Origin: a virus
Lineage: Duplodnaviria; Caudoviricetes
Virus record (IMG/VR): IMGVR_UViG_3300027833_001738
Span: 2,912-66,911 of that record
DNA length: 64,000 bases
Direction: 5' to 3' (one strand)
The notes beneath the pieces were generated by a model. It was not told the origin of the DNA and made no database searches. It saw nothing but the letters and a program-made list of their open reading frames with translations. The position numbers and the translations under genes are program-made. The stretch's first letter is position 1. Each line of letters begins with the position of its first letter. This document shows positions 1 to 7,799 of this stretch, piece after piece.

Positions 1-124
1 AGGACTAAAATACGGATTGAAGCCTATTGTTATTGAACATGAACATAACAAAGACCACGAAGCAGATGGTATTGAATATGCTTATGACTGGGAAGAAATC
101 TACAACATTATAGAAAGAGGTTAA
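1..124 (+). CDS. 3' end of a gene truncated by the window edge, possibly HAD/5'-nucleotidase-like (T4 30.2-like)
   Basis: Frame 2 reads GLKYGLKPIVIEHEHNKD...YDWEEIYNIIERG*; the HxHN...WxEIY ending resembles phage HAD/NT5C C-termini. Confidence 0.45.
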   Translation, partial: GLKYGLKPIVIEHEHNKDHEADGIEYAYDWEEIYNIIERG

Positions 125-127
125 AAA

Positions 128-316
128 ATGAGTGATTTATATTTTGTGCAAGTAATTGCAGAAGACGGTGCCGTCTCACGTTGGGAAGCATTGGATAAAA
201 CTCAAGCAGACTTTGTTTACAATGAACAAGTTATCATTTATGGTGCTGAAAATTGCACTATCGGAAAATCTATGGACGTTTATAAACCATTGAACGTACT
301 TAAACGAGTTCTATAG
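128..316 (+). CDS. hypothetical protein (62 aa)
   Basis: ORF with AGAGG SD, in line with the neighbouring genes. Confidence 0.7.
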   Translation: MSDLYFVQVIAEDGAVSRWEALDKTQADFVYNEQVIIYGAENCTIGKSMDVYKPLNVLKRVL

Positions 317-326
317 AAATCATATT

Positions 327-413
327 GCTCTCGTGGTGGAATTGGTATACACAACAGACTTAAAATCTGTCGCCTTTTAAGGCTTGGCGGTTCGAGTCCG
401 CCCGAGAGTACCA
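327..413 (+). tRNA. tRNA-Leu (UAA)
   Basis: GCTCTCG/CGAGAGT acceptor, ACAGA-CT TAA AA-TCTGT anticodon arm, long variable arm, GGTTCGAGTCC T-arm, encoded CCA. Confidence 0.95.
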
Positions 414-445
414 AAATTAAACTTTAAAAGGAGTATGCGGTGCAT

Positions 446-613
446 ATGTTATTCAGAGATATTGAAATCTTAGAAAGTGCCATCATTTCTTTCACCGAAG
501 GTGCAAGTGATGAAAAGCGAATGTCAATAAGTTCACTTGAGGGTTTGATTGCTGAAAAGAAAGCAATTATCAAAAGTTTCGAAGATACTTATAACAAAGA
601 ATTGGATTTATAG
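446..613 (+). CDS. small hypothetical protein (55 aa) inside the tRNA cluster, absent from the ORF track
   Basis: AAGGAG SD upstream; MLFRDIEILESAIISFTEGASDEKRMSISSLEGLIAEKKAIIKSFEDTYNKELDL*; GTG at 440 is an alternative start. Confidence 0.7.
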   Translation: MLFRDIEILESAIISFTEGASDEKRMSISSLEGLIAEKKAIIKSFEDTYNKELDL

Positions 614-720
614 AGGACACGTTAGGTTGCTCCTAACTAGTATGCGGATTATCAAGTTCCCATATGAATGAAGTGATATTAGCAGTCACAAACAAAAGGG
701 TCGATGAAAGTATTCCGGCA

Positions 721-841
721 TGTGTATGTCGTTAGTGTGAGTGAGGTGGAGCGTGTTGCTGAAATATTGCAACGTCAGTCACAAGGAAGAATTCCCTTGA
801 TTGACTTGTAAGCCTTGAAACCTACCACACATACACACTAA
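721..841 (+). ncRNA. candidate structured ncRNA (multi-stem junction), family unknown
   Basis: TGTGTAT(721)/ATACACA(831) closing stem; GTGTG..AGGT/ACCT..CACAC; inner hairpins GTTGC/GCAAC and AGTCA-CAAGG/CCTTG-TGACT; no long ORF; lies immediately 5' of tRNA-Arg. Confidence 0.5.
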
Positions 842-844
842 TTT

Positions 845-921
845 CTGCTCGTAGTTCAGTTGGATAGAACAACTGCCTTCTAAGCAGTAGGTCGCAGGTT
901 CGAATCCTGCCGAGCAGGCCA
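845..921 (+). tRNA. tRNA-Arg (UCU)
   Basis: CTGCTCG/CGAGCAG acceptor, ACTGC-CT TCT AA-GCAGT anticodon arm, GGTTCGAATCC, CCA. Confidence 0.95.
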
Positions 922-926
922 ACATA

Positions 927-1003
927 CGGAGTATAGGCTAGTCTGGTAAGTCGCTACGTTTGGGACGTAGAAATCGTAGGTTCAAATCCTACTACTCCGA
1001 CCA
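927..1003 (+). tRNA. tRNA-Pro (UGG)
   Basis: CGGAGTA/TACTCCG acceptor, CTACG-TT TGG GA-CGTAG anticodon arm, GGTTCAAATCC, CCA. Confidence 0.95.
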
Positions 1004-1017
1004 TTAACAACCAGGTT

Positions 1018-1092
1018 GGAAGATTGGTGTAATAGTAGCACAAAGCACTCATAATGCTTCAGGCGAAGGAGCGTAACCTTCATCTTCTACCA
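1018..1092 (+). tRNA. tRNA with CAU anticodon (elongator Met or Ile2), non-canonical D- and T-loops
   Basis: GGAAGAT/ATCTTCT acceptor, AAGCA-CT CAT AA-TGCTT anticodon arm, T-arm GAAGG-AGCGTAA-CCTTC, CCA. Confidence 0.8.
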
Positions 1093-1097
1093 TAAGT

Positions 1098-1128
1098 AAA
1101 AAAGGGAGCAAATAACATGCTCCCTTTT
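1098..1128. terminator. bidirectional intrinsic terminator
   Basis: AAAAAAGGGAGCA-AATAACA-TGCTCCCTTTT between the convergent tRNA cluster and phoH. Confidence 0.8.
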
Positions 1129-1138
1129 GTCATCCCGT

Positions 1139-1885
1139 TTATTCGTCTTCGCCGTAAATTTCTAATATTTCTATCACCGCTGGATGCCTTTCTACATCTT
1201 GCATATCAAATTGTGAGATTGAAATGTGTGATAAATTCTTTTCATCTTTTTCGAAATGGTCAACTAATTGAATGAAGTCAGAAAGCCCGTTTTCTGAAAA
1301 TCCGCGGTCATGTTGTTTTAAATCTCCCGTGACTATCATTTTTGTGTTGTTGCCTATTCTCGTTAATAACATCTTCATTTGTGACTTCGTTGCATTTTGC
1401 ATTTCATCTGCAATAATCCAAGAATCTTCAAATGTTCTGCCTCTCATGTAGGCTAAAGGTGCTATTTCTATGATATTCTCTAATAACATGTTTTCGATTT
1501 GAACCATCGTAAAATGTTTTTCGAATATATCAAATATTGGTCTTGTCCATGGCGCCATCTTTTCATTCAAGTCGCCTGGCAAAAAACCGTGTTGCTCATC
1601 AACCGACACTGCCGGTCTTGTTATTACTATTTTGGAGACCTCCCGTTCCATGTATGCTTTAATACCCATTTGTGTACACAACAGAGTTTTACCGGTACCA
1701 GCAGGACCAATCGCAAATACGATATTTGTACTTGGGTCGGCTAACTGATAAAGATAATCTTCCTGTGCAACATTTCTAGGTAAAATTGTAGGTGTTTTTT
1801 TACTATAAAGTGGTACGATATCATTGCTGTTATTGTATACTTTATGATTGTTATTCTGTCTCTCAACACGTTTTTTTCGTGCCAT
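1139..1885 (-). CDS. phoH: PhoH-family ATPase
   Basis: GPAGTGKT Walker A, RPAV, GFLPG, YMRGRTF, DEMQN, TGDLKQ, RHP motifs. Confidence 0.95.
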   Translation of the reverse strand: MARKKRVERQNNNHKVYNNSNDIVPLYSKKTPTILPRNVAQEDYLYQLADPSTNIVFAIGPAGTGKTLLCTQMGIKAYMEREVSKIVITRPAVSVDEQHGFLPGDLNEKMAPWTRPIFDIFEKHFTMVQIENMLLENIIEIAPLAYMRGRTFEDSWIIADEMQNATKSQMKMLLTRIGNNTKMIVTGDLKQHDRGFSENGLSDFIQLVDHFEKDEKNLSHISISQFDMQDVERHPAVIEILEIYGEDE

Positions 1886-2012
1886 ATTGTTCCTCCTGAT
1901 GAGGGATTTTCAGAAAGTAAACATCTCTGCTTACAAAGGTATTTAGTCAACAATCAATAAGATATACATAATATATAATTAAACGAGATAAAAATATTTC
2001 CGTTCTGGAAAT

Positions 2013-2020
2013 GATAAATA
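2013..2020 (+). promoter_or_regulatory. T4-like late promoter (GATAAATA)
   Basis: Same intergenic motif at 7356, 14376, 17455, 23297, 29149, 42127, 53936, 58027, and as TATAAATA at 20546 and 36536; resembles the T4 gp55 consensus TATAAATA. Confidence 0.7.
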
Positions 2021-2047
2021 CATTTATAATTGTGGAGAAAAACAAAT

Positions 2048-2554
2048 ATGGACGATATTAAGCAAAATGACATCATTGATAACCTAAGAGGTATCGATGG
2101 AAATGCAACTTTATTAGACATTCTATTAGAATTCGAAAATATGCTCGAAGAACAGGGTATGTACGGTTATGAGAATTGGAAAGAAGGCGAAGTCGCTCAA
2201 GGTCCTAAATTGTCCAGATATTGGCTAAATGTTACTTTAATGTATCCATACCTAAAAATGCCTAATCCAAAAGCGAAAGCAAGATTAGAAAATATTGGTT
2301 GTGATGTTAAATTTAAGAAAGCAACATTAAAAACTCCAAGAACAGTTAAAAAACAAGAAGATTTAGATACAAACAGAAAACCAAAGTTAGATTCAGAGGA
2401 TGTTTGGTTAGTTGACGTTTGGATGCCACGTAAATTTGTTGATGAAGCACTAACTGGTAAAGATGTAGTTGATGGCAACATCAATCAATCAGAATTATCT
2501 AATGCTTATGAAACTGGGTTAGATGATGAAACTAAACTTGGACAGGATACATAA
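2048..2554 (+). CDS. phage hypothetical protein
   Basis: ATG 2048 after GGAG SD; well-formed ORF downstream of a late promoter. Confidence 0.75.
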   Translation: MDDIKQNDIIDNLRGIDGNATLLDILLEFENMLEEQGMYGYENWKEGEVAQGPKLSRYWLNVTLMYPYLKMPNPKAKARLENIGCDVKFKKATLKTPRTVKKQEDLDTNRKPKLDSEDVWLVDVWMPRKFVDEALTGKDVVDGNINQSELSNAYETGLDDETKLGQDT

Positions 2555-2964
2555 TGAAATACGAAGAATTTAATGAAGGTGTAGAATACGGCGATTTAGT
2601 ATCTTTAGTAGATAAGACTATATCAGTTGGTGAGTTTAAACCTAAAACGGGTACAGAAGAAGATGTTATTGTTGTAGGATTTTATATTAAAGATGAAGCA
2701 CCAGCACTAGACTTAGCAAAGTTTATTGAAAGAGGTGTAACATCTATATTAGATACTGAAGTTTCTCCAAATCCAAACGATGTTGGTATGTATATTGTAT
2801 TTGTTGAAGTTGAGAACGAAGATTTAATGAACGTTACTATGAGTTTGATAAACGACATTCATGGATTAGTAAAAAATGATGAATGGGAAATCAAGTTCTA
2901 TAAACGTCCAGCAATAAAAGTAAAGGCAGAAGAAATCAAAGAATGGCTAAAGAAGAACCGTTAA
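2554..2964 (+). CDS. phage hypothetical protein
   Basis: Coupled TAATG start; N-terminus MKYEEFNE resembles T4 capsid-targeting sequences. Confidence 0.75.
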   Translation: MKYEEFNEGVEYGDLVSLVDKTISVGEFKPKTGTEEDVIVVGFYIKDEAPALDLAKFIERGVTSILDTEVSPNPNDVGMYIVFVEVENEDLMNVTMSLINDIHGLVKNDEWEIKFYKRPAIKVKAEEIKEWLKKNR

Positions 2965-3167
2965 AGTTCGAAGGTAAGGTAATTAAGATTCTTCCTGGCG
3001 ACAAATTCGAGGTAGTACTCGATGGTGAAACCGAACATATGGTAAAATGTACATTGTCCGGCAAAATGCGTAAAAATAGCATCAAAGTTATCCTATGGGA
3101 TAAAGTCTCTGTTGAAATGACCCCATATGATTTGAGCATGGGTAGAATCACTTTCCGACACAAATAA
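2943..3167 (+). CDS. infA: translation initiation factor IF-1
   Basis: MAKEE...EGKV...LP...F.V.LD...SGKMRKN.I.V...DKV.VEMTPYDLS.GRI.FR, the classic IF-1 S1 fold. Confidence 0.93.
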   Translation: MAKEEPLKFEGKVIKILPGDKFEVVLDGETEHMVKCTLSGKMRKNSIKVILWDKVSVEMTPYDLSMGRITFRHK

Positions 3168-3182
3168 AAAAGAAAGAAAGTT

Positions 3183-3662
3183 ATGATATTAGGTAAAATA
3201 AAATTGATAATCATTATGGCCGCTATTACAGGAGTAGTAGGATTTGGTGCATGGAAATATTATCAATATACACAAGAACAAATTGGCATCTATAGAGAAA
3301 ATGCGGCAAAGGCAGAATTGGCACAACAAGCCTCTGAAGCGGCTGTCAAGGCTATACAAAAAGACTTAGTAGAAGTACAAGCACAGTATACTAGAGTGTC
3401 TGATGACTTTAAAGTTGCAAATTCAAGGGTAGATAAATTAGAAACTAAACTAAGTGAACATGAACTTGGAGACTTAGCACAAGCAAAACCAAAATTAATC
3501 GAAAGAATAGTTGACAAAGGTACCAAAGATGTGTTAAGATGTTATGAGATACTAACTGGTTCTCCACTAACTGAAAAAGAGATTGCGGCGACCAAGAAGT
3601 CACAAGTGAACACAACTTGTTCAGATGTGGCAAATCCTAACTATACGGGGCCAAGACCATGA
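3183..3662 (+). CDS. putative inner-membrane spanin (Rz-like)
   Basis: N-terminal TM, long coiled coil, C-terminal Cys pair; overlaps a downstream lipoprotein gene. Confidence 0.6.
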   Translation: MILGKIKLIIIMAAITGVVGFGAWKYYQYTQEQIGIYRENAAKAELAQQASEAAVKAIQKDLVEVQAQYTRVSDDFKVANSRVDKLETKLSEHELGDLAQAKPKLIERIVDKGTKDVLRCYEILTGSPLTEKEIAATKKSQVNTTCSDVANPNYTGPRP

Positions 3663-4111
3663 TTAAAACAACATTACTAGCAGGAGCATTAGCAGTAACA
3701 CTTAGTGGATGTTCATCTATGCTACCAAAAACAGTTGACTATTCAGCAAAACCCGTAGAACGACCATTACTCGTTCTACCAGAATCTGAGATAACGAATA
3801 TGAAAGAAGTAGATTATCTTGTGGTCACAGAAGAAAATATAAATGATGTTTGGAGAGAATTAGAAGCGGCAGGCAAACCTGTTGTATTATTTTCACTCAC
3901 ACACGAAGGTTATGAAGCGTTAGCATTAAACAATGCTGAAGTGATTAGATATCTTTCCGAACAAAAAGCAATTCTGATTGCATACAAAGAATATTACGAA
4001 AAAGCCGACAAGGCGATTGAAGATGCGAATGTTATTGCTACTGCGGAAGATGCACTTGAGTCTAAACCAAGTTCACTTTCAAAAATCAAATCATTCCTTA
4101 AATCAGATTAA
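3659..4111 (+). CDS. lipoprotein, putative outer-membrane spanin (Rz1-like)
   Basis: Signal peptide with LSGC lipobox followed by a Pro-rich segment. Confidence 0.6.
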   Translation: MIKTTLLAGALAVTLSGCSSMLPKTVDYSAKPVERPLLVLPESEITNMKEVDYLVVTEENINDVWRELEAAGKPVVLFSLTHEGYEALALNNAEVIRYLSEQKAILIAYKEYYEKADKAIEDANVIATAEDALESKPSSLSKIKSFLKSD

Positions 4112-4113
4112 TC

Positions 4114-4500
4114 ATGTCACCTTTTAAGGTTCTAGGCATAACCAAATACTCCAGCGAAGATGAAATAAGAATTGCATATAAGCGATTATTAATGAAACAT
4201 CATCCAGACACAGGTGATGGTGATAGACAGAAACTTGATGATATTAGACAAGCATTTACAGATATTAAAAAGATACAATCAGACAGTGGCAGTATTATTA
4301 CAGTAACATTGAATGTAAAAATAAGTGAAGAAGAACTAGACGCAATGAGAGGGACTAAGTCTGGATTTAGAGATGATATATCTCCAGATATTCATTACAT
4401 TGTTACAGTACCAAAGACCACTAGAATAGGTGACACAATTTTAGTAAAAAACATTATAAATAATACGAACTTGAAGATTAATTTTCTAAAGAGGACATAG
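4114..4500 (+). CDS. DnaJ-domain protein
   Basis: PFKVLGI...EIRIAYKRL...HHPD J-domain with intact HPD. Confidence 0.88.
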   Translation: MSPFKVLGITKYSSEDEIRIAYKRLLMKHHPDTGDGDRQKLDDIRQAFTDIKKIQSDSGSIITVTLNVKISEEELDAMRGTKSGFRDDISPDIHYIVTVPKTTRIGDTILVKNIINNTNLKINFLKRT

Positions 4501-6738
4501 ATGGCAGAACAAGAACGAGATGGAAGTGTAGACAGAATTAGTATTACATTAGAGAGAGCAGTTCAATTTGCCAATTCTCTAACACATGAATACGTCACAT
4601 TAGAACATTTATTATTTTCTATTTTAGAAGAATCAGACGTTAGCGATTTGTTAACCGATATGCAAGTAAAAGGTGGTGCTATTGCAGAAGACGTTGAGAA
4701 GTATCTGAAAGATAGAGAAGACATTACTGATATGGCACCGGCAATGGATAGACGAGGGCCTCGTAAGACTGCGGCTTTGAGTAGAGTATTCAATCGTGCA
4801 ATCACTCAAGTTATCTTTAGCGGCAGAACTAAACTATTTTGTAGAGACGTATTAATTTCACTACTAAGTGAAACAGATTCATATGCATATTTCTTCTTAG
4901 CCAAACATGGAGTAACAAGAGAAGGTGCTATCACAATTATTCAAAAAGAATTCTACACGGCTAAACCTGCTCAAACAGGTGACCCATCACAGGCTGTCAA
5001 ATTTGAAGACTTCTGTACAAATCTAAATGAAACTGCTAGTGAAGGTTTAATTGACCCGGTTATTGGCAGAGAAGAAGAACTAATCGAAATTACAGAAGTT
5101 CTAGCCAGACGTAAGAAGAACAATGTGATTATTGTGGGCGAACCAGGTGTTGGTAAAACTGCTATCGCAGAAGGTCTTGCATTAATGATTTCAGAAGGCA
5201 AAGTTCCTAATATACTTGAAGAGAAAACTGTATATTCACTAGATGTAACTAGTCTTGTTGCTGGTACAAAGTATCGTGGTGAATTTGAAGAACGTGCGAA
5301 ACTTGTATTTGACCAACTTTCTAAGAAAGATAATGTTATTCTGTTCATTGATGAAATTCATATGATTATGGGTGCGGGTTCAGCCGGTGGTTCAAATATC
5401 GATATCGCAAACTTATTGAAACCATTATTAGCGAGTGGTAAACTATTTTGTGTCGGTGCAACAACAAGCGAAGAGTATAGAGAAAATTTCGAAAAAGACA
5501 GAGCCTTACAAAGACGTTTTCAGAAAGTAGTAGTAGACCAACCAAGCAAAGAAACTACCAAACTAATTGTTAAAGGTCTTAAACAATATTATGAAGCATT
5601 CCATGAACTTGAGTATACAGACGATTCACTTGATATGGCAGTTGAATTAGCAGAACGCTATATGCATGGCAAATATAATCCAGATAGAGTTATTGACGTA
5701 ATCGATATTGCAGGTGCAAGAGGCAAACTTCATGGTCACAAAGGTCCTATTACAAACAAAGAAATAGAACAAGCAATTTCTAAGATAACTCGTATTCCGA
5801 TGGACATGATTGATGCAAAAGAAAATAATAATTTTATTCATTTAGAAGACAACATTAAGAAAAAGTTATTTGGTCAAGATGGCGCAGTTGGTACATTAGT
5901 TGAAAGTATTCTAGTAAGTAAATCAGGAATGAGAGAACGTAATAAACCTGTTGGTTCATTCTTGTTTGTTGGTCCAACTGGTACTGGTAAAACAGAACTA
6001 TGTAGACAACTTGCAGATAACTTATCAATAAAACTTCGCAAGTATGATATGTCAGAATATATGGAACAACATTCAGTATCAAAACTTATCGGTGCTCCTC
6101 CAGGATATGTAGGGCATGCAGAAGGTGGTGCTGGTGCAGGACAACTTATCAATGATGTTGACGAAACTCCAAACTGCATTGTTCTATTAGATGAAGTAGA
6201 GAAAGCACATCCAAGTGTAATGAATTTATTACTTCAAGTTATGGACGATGGTCGCTTGACTAGTTCAACTGGTAAAACAGCAGACTTCAGTAATGTAATT
6301 CTTATTATGACATCAAACTTAGGCGCGGCACAAAAGAATAAGAAAGCAATTGGTTTTAGTAACGACCATGATGATGCAAGTATGGTAGCAGTAAACAAGT
6401 TTTTCTCACCAGAATTTAGAAACAGACTAGATGCGACAGTTGAGTTCGTATCACTTGAAAGGCATCATATTGATATGATTGTTGATAAGACTATCAATGA
6501 GATTAATGAAATGTTGAAAGATAAGAATGTAACTATTACACTGTCTGATTCAGCCAGAACGTGGCTAAGAAATAGAGGATATGTGCCAGAGATGGGTGCT
6601 AGACCTTTACAGAGAGTAGTCAATGATTACATCAAAAAGCCAATATCAAAAGAAATTCTTTTTGGTAAACTAAAAGATGGCGGTAATTGTAAAATTTTAA
6701 TTAACGAGAAAGATAACGTTGAGTTTATATATACATAA
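4501..6738 (+). CDS. clpA: ClpA-like AAA+ unfoldase
   Basis: Clp-N domain (HEYVTLEHLL), two Walker A motifs (GEPGVGKT, GPTGTGKT), GYVG pore loop, IGF ClpP-docking loop, GARPL; no ClpB M-domain. Confidence 0.92.
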   Translation: MAEQERDGSVDRISITLERAVQFANSLTHEYVTLEHLLFSILEESDVSDLLTDMQVKGGAIAEDVEKYLKDREDITDMAPAMDRRGPRKTAALSRVFNRAITQVIFSGRTKLFCRDVLISLLSETDSYAYFFLAKHGVTREGAITIIQKEFYTAKPAQTGDPSQAVKFEDFCTNLNETASEGLIDPVIGREEELIEITEVLARRKKNNVIIVGEPGVGKTAIAEGLALMISEGKVPNILEEKTVYSLDVTSLVAGTKYRGEFEERAKLVFDQLSKKDNVILFIDEIHMIMGAGSAGGSNIDIANLLKPLLASGKLFCVGATTSEEYRENFEKDRALQRRFQKVVVDQPSKETTKLIVKGLKQYYEAFHELEYTDDSLDMAVELAERYMHGKYNPDRVIDVIDIAGARGKLHGHKGPITNKEIEQAISKITRIPMDMIDAKENNNFIHLEDNIKKKLFGQDGAVGTLVESILVSKSGMRERNKPVGSFLFVGPTGTGKTELCRQLADNLSIKLRKYDMSEYMEQHSVSKLIGAPPGYVGHAEGGAGAGQLINDVDETPNCIVLLDEVEKAHPSVMNLLLQVMDDGRLTSSTGKTADFSNVILIMTSNLGAAQKNKKAIGFSNDHDDASMVAVNKFFSPEFRNRLDATVEFVSLERHHIDMIVDKTINEINEMLKDKNVTITLSDSARTWLRNRGYVPEMGARPLQRVVNDYIKKPISKEILFGKLKDGGNCKILINEKDNVEFIYT

Positions 6739-7364
6739 TGTACACTGAAACTGTAACAAAACTATTCTATAATATATACCCTTATAGAATAACTTATCCT
6801 AGATTAGGAAATCTTCCAAAGTTTTATTATCGAACAGAGAAGCCAAGTGAACACTCTTGGATGATTAGACAACAATGTCATCAATATCTAAAGAAAGAGT
6901 TCAAAGGTAGAATTAAGTTCAATAATGGATATCACACTCATGCTTATTTTCTAAAAAAAGAAGACTATTTAAAAGCAAAAGAAGAGTTTACAGAGTTACA
7001 CGTCAGATATACCGAACCATTATTCCCAGACTTAAAAGATATACTTGATAAGTTTGATTCCAATGTTGATTTACGAAAATCATTATATCTTAAGAAACAC
7101 AGATACAAAGTAGAACTATTATACACAATGGGCACTTTTGTAGATGTATGTGACAGCATCACAGAAACATTCAAAGACAACCCTAACTATGCAATATCTG
7201 GAAACGTAAAGTCAGTGACTAGACGTTTTGGTTACTATGGTTCATGGGCAACATATAGTATGTATTGTAAAGAACAAATCGATGTAGAATATTTCACATT
7301 TATGTTTGGTGAGAACATAAAATCAATTTCCAAGGCCGTCCTAATAAGTGAATTAGATAAATAA
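6738..7364 (+). CDS. hypothetical protein
   Basis: 208-aa ORF translationally coupled to clpA. Confidence 0.75.
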   Translation: MYTETVTKLFYNIYPYRITYPRLGNLPKFYYRTEKPSEHSWMIRQQCHQYLKKEFKGRIKFNNGYHTHAYFLKKEDYLKAKEEFTELHVRYTEPLFPDLKDILDKFDSNVDLRKSLYLKKHRYKVELLYTMGTFVDVCDSITETFKDNPNYAISGNVKSVTRRFGYYGSWATYSMYCKEQIDVEYFTFMFGENIKSISKAVLISELDK

Positions 7365-7415
7365 GAGAAGAACTACAGTTCTTTAACTACTAATACAACT
7401 TAAGAGGAATGGCAT

Positions 7416-7787
7416 ATGGCTCGTAAAACAACTACTCTATTACCACTAACAGGCGCTACTTCACTAGACACAACAGGTGATGCAGTTCCAGGTGATTCAT
7501 ATTATGGTTACACAGATGGTGTTCATACAGTAGCAGTCTATGGCAATAACCTAAAAGGTCGCATCAAAATCCAAGGAACATTAGCAACTACACCAACAGA
7601 AGATGATTGGTTTGACATTCTTCTTGCCGGTTTACCATACAAAGACTATGATGGATTTACTGGAGTAGATGGCTTTACTTTTGTTGCTAACTTAGTATAT
7701 TTAAGAGCAAAACTAGACAGAACATCATTGGGTATAACAGACTATACTACAGCAGGATTTGTAGGGAAGATTTACCTGAATTACTAA
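7416..7787 (+). CDS. putative virion structural protein
   Basis: Late promoter at 7356; precedes the tail-fibre gene; beta-rich (IQGTLAT.P...DWFDI). Confidence 0.55.
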   Translation: MARKTTTLLPLTGATSLDTTGDAVPGDSYYGYTDGVHTVAVYGNNLKGRIKIQGTLATTPTEDDWFDILLAGLPYKDYDGFTGVDGFTFVANLVYLRAKLDRTSLGITDYTTAGFVGKIYLNY

Positions 7788-7799
7788 TAGGGAATAGAC

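Noticed and set aside
664-735. Short ORF MNEVILAVTNKRVDESIPACVCR in the tRNA cluster
   Set aside because: Only 23 aa, no clear SD, and it overlaps the structured element; cannot be supported.
614-841. tmRNA, RNase P RNA or hammerhead ribozyme identity for the structured region
   Set aside because: No tRNA-like ends or tag peptide, no RNase P P4 consensus, and no CUGAUGA core.
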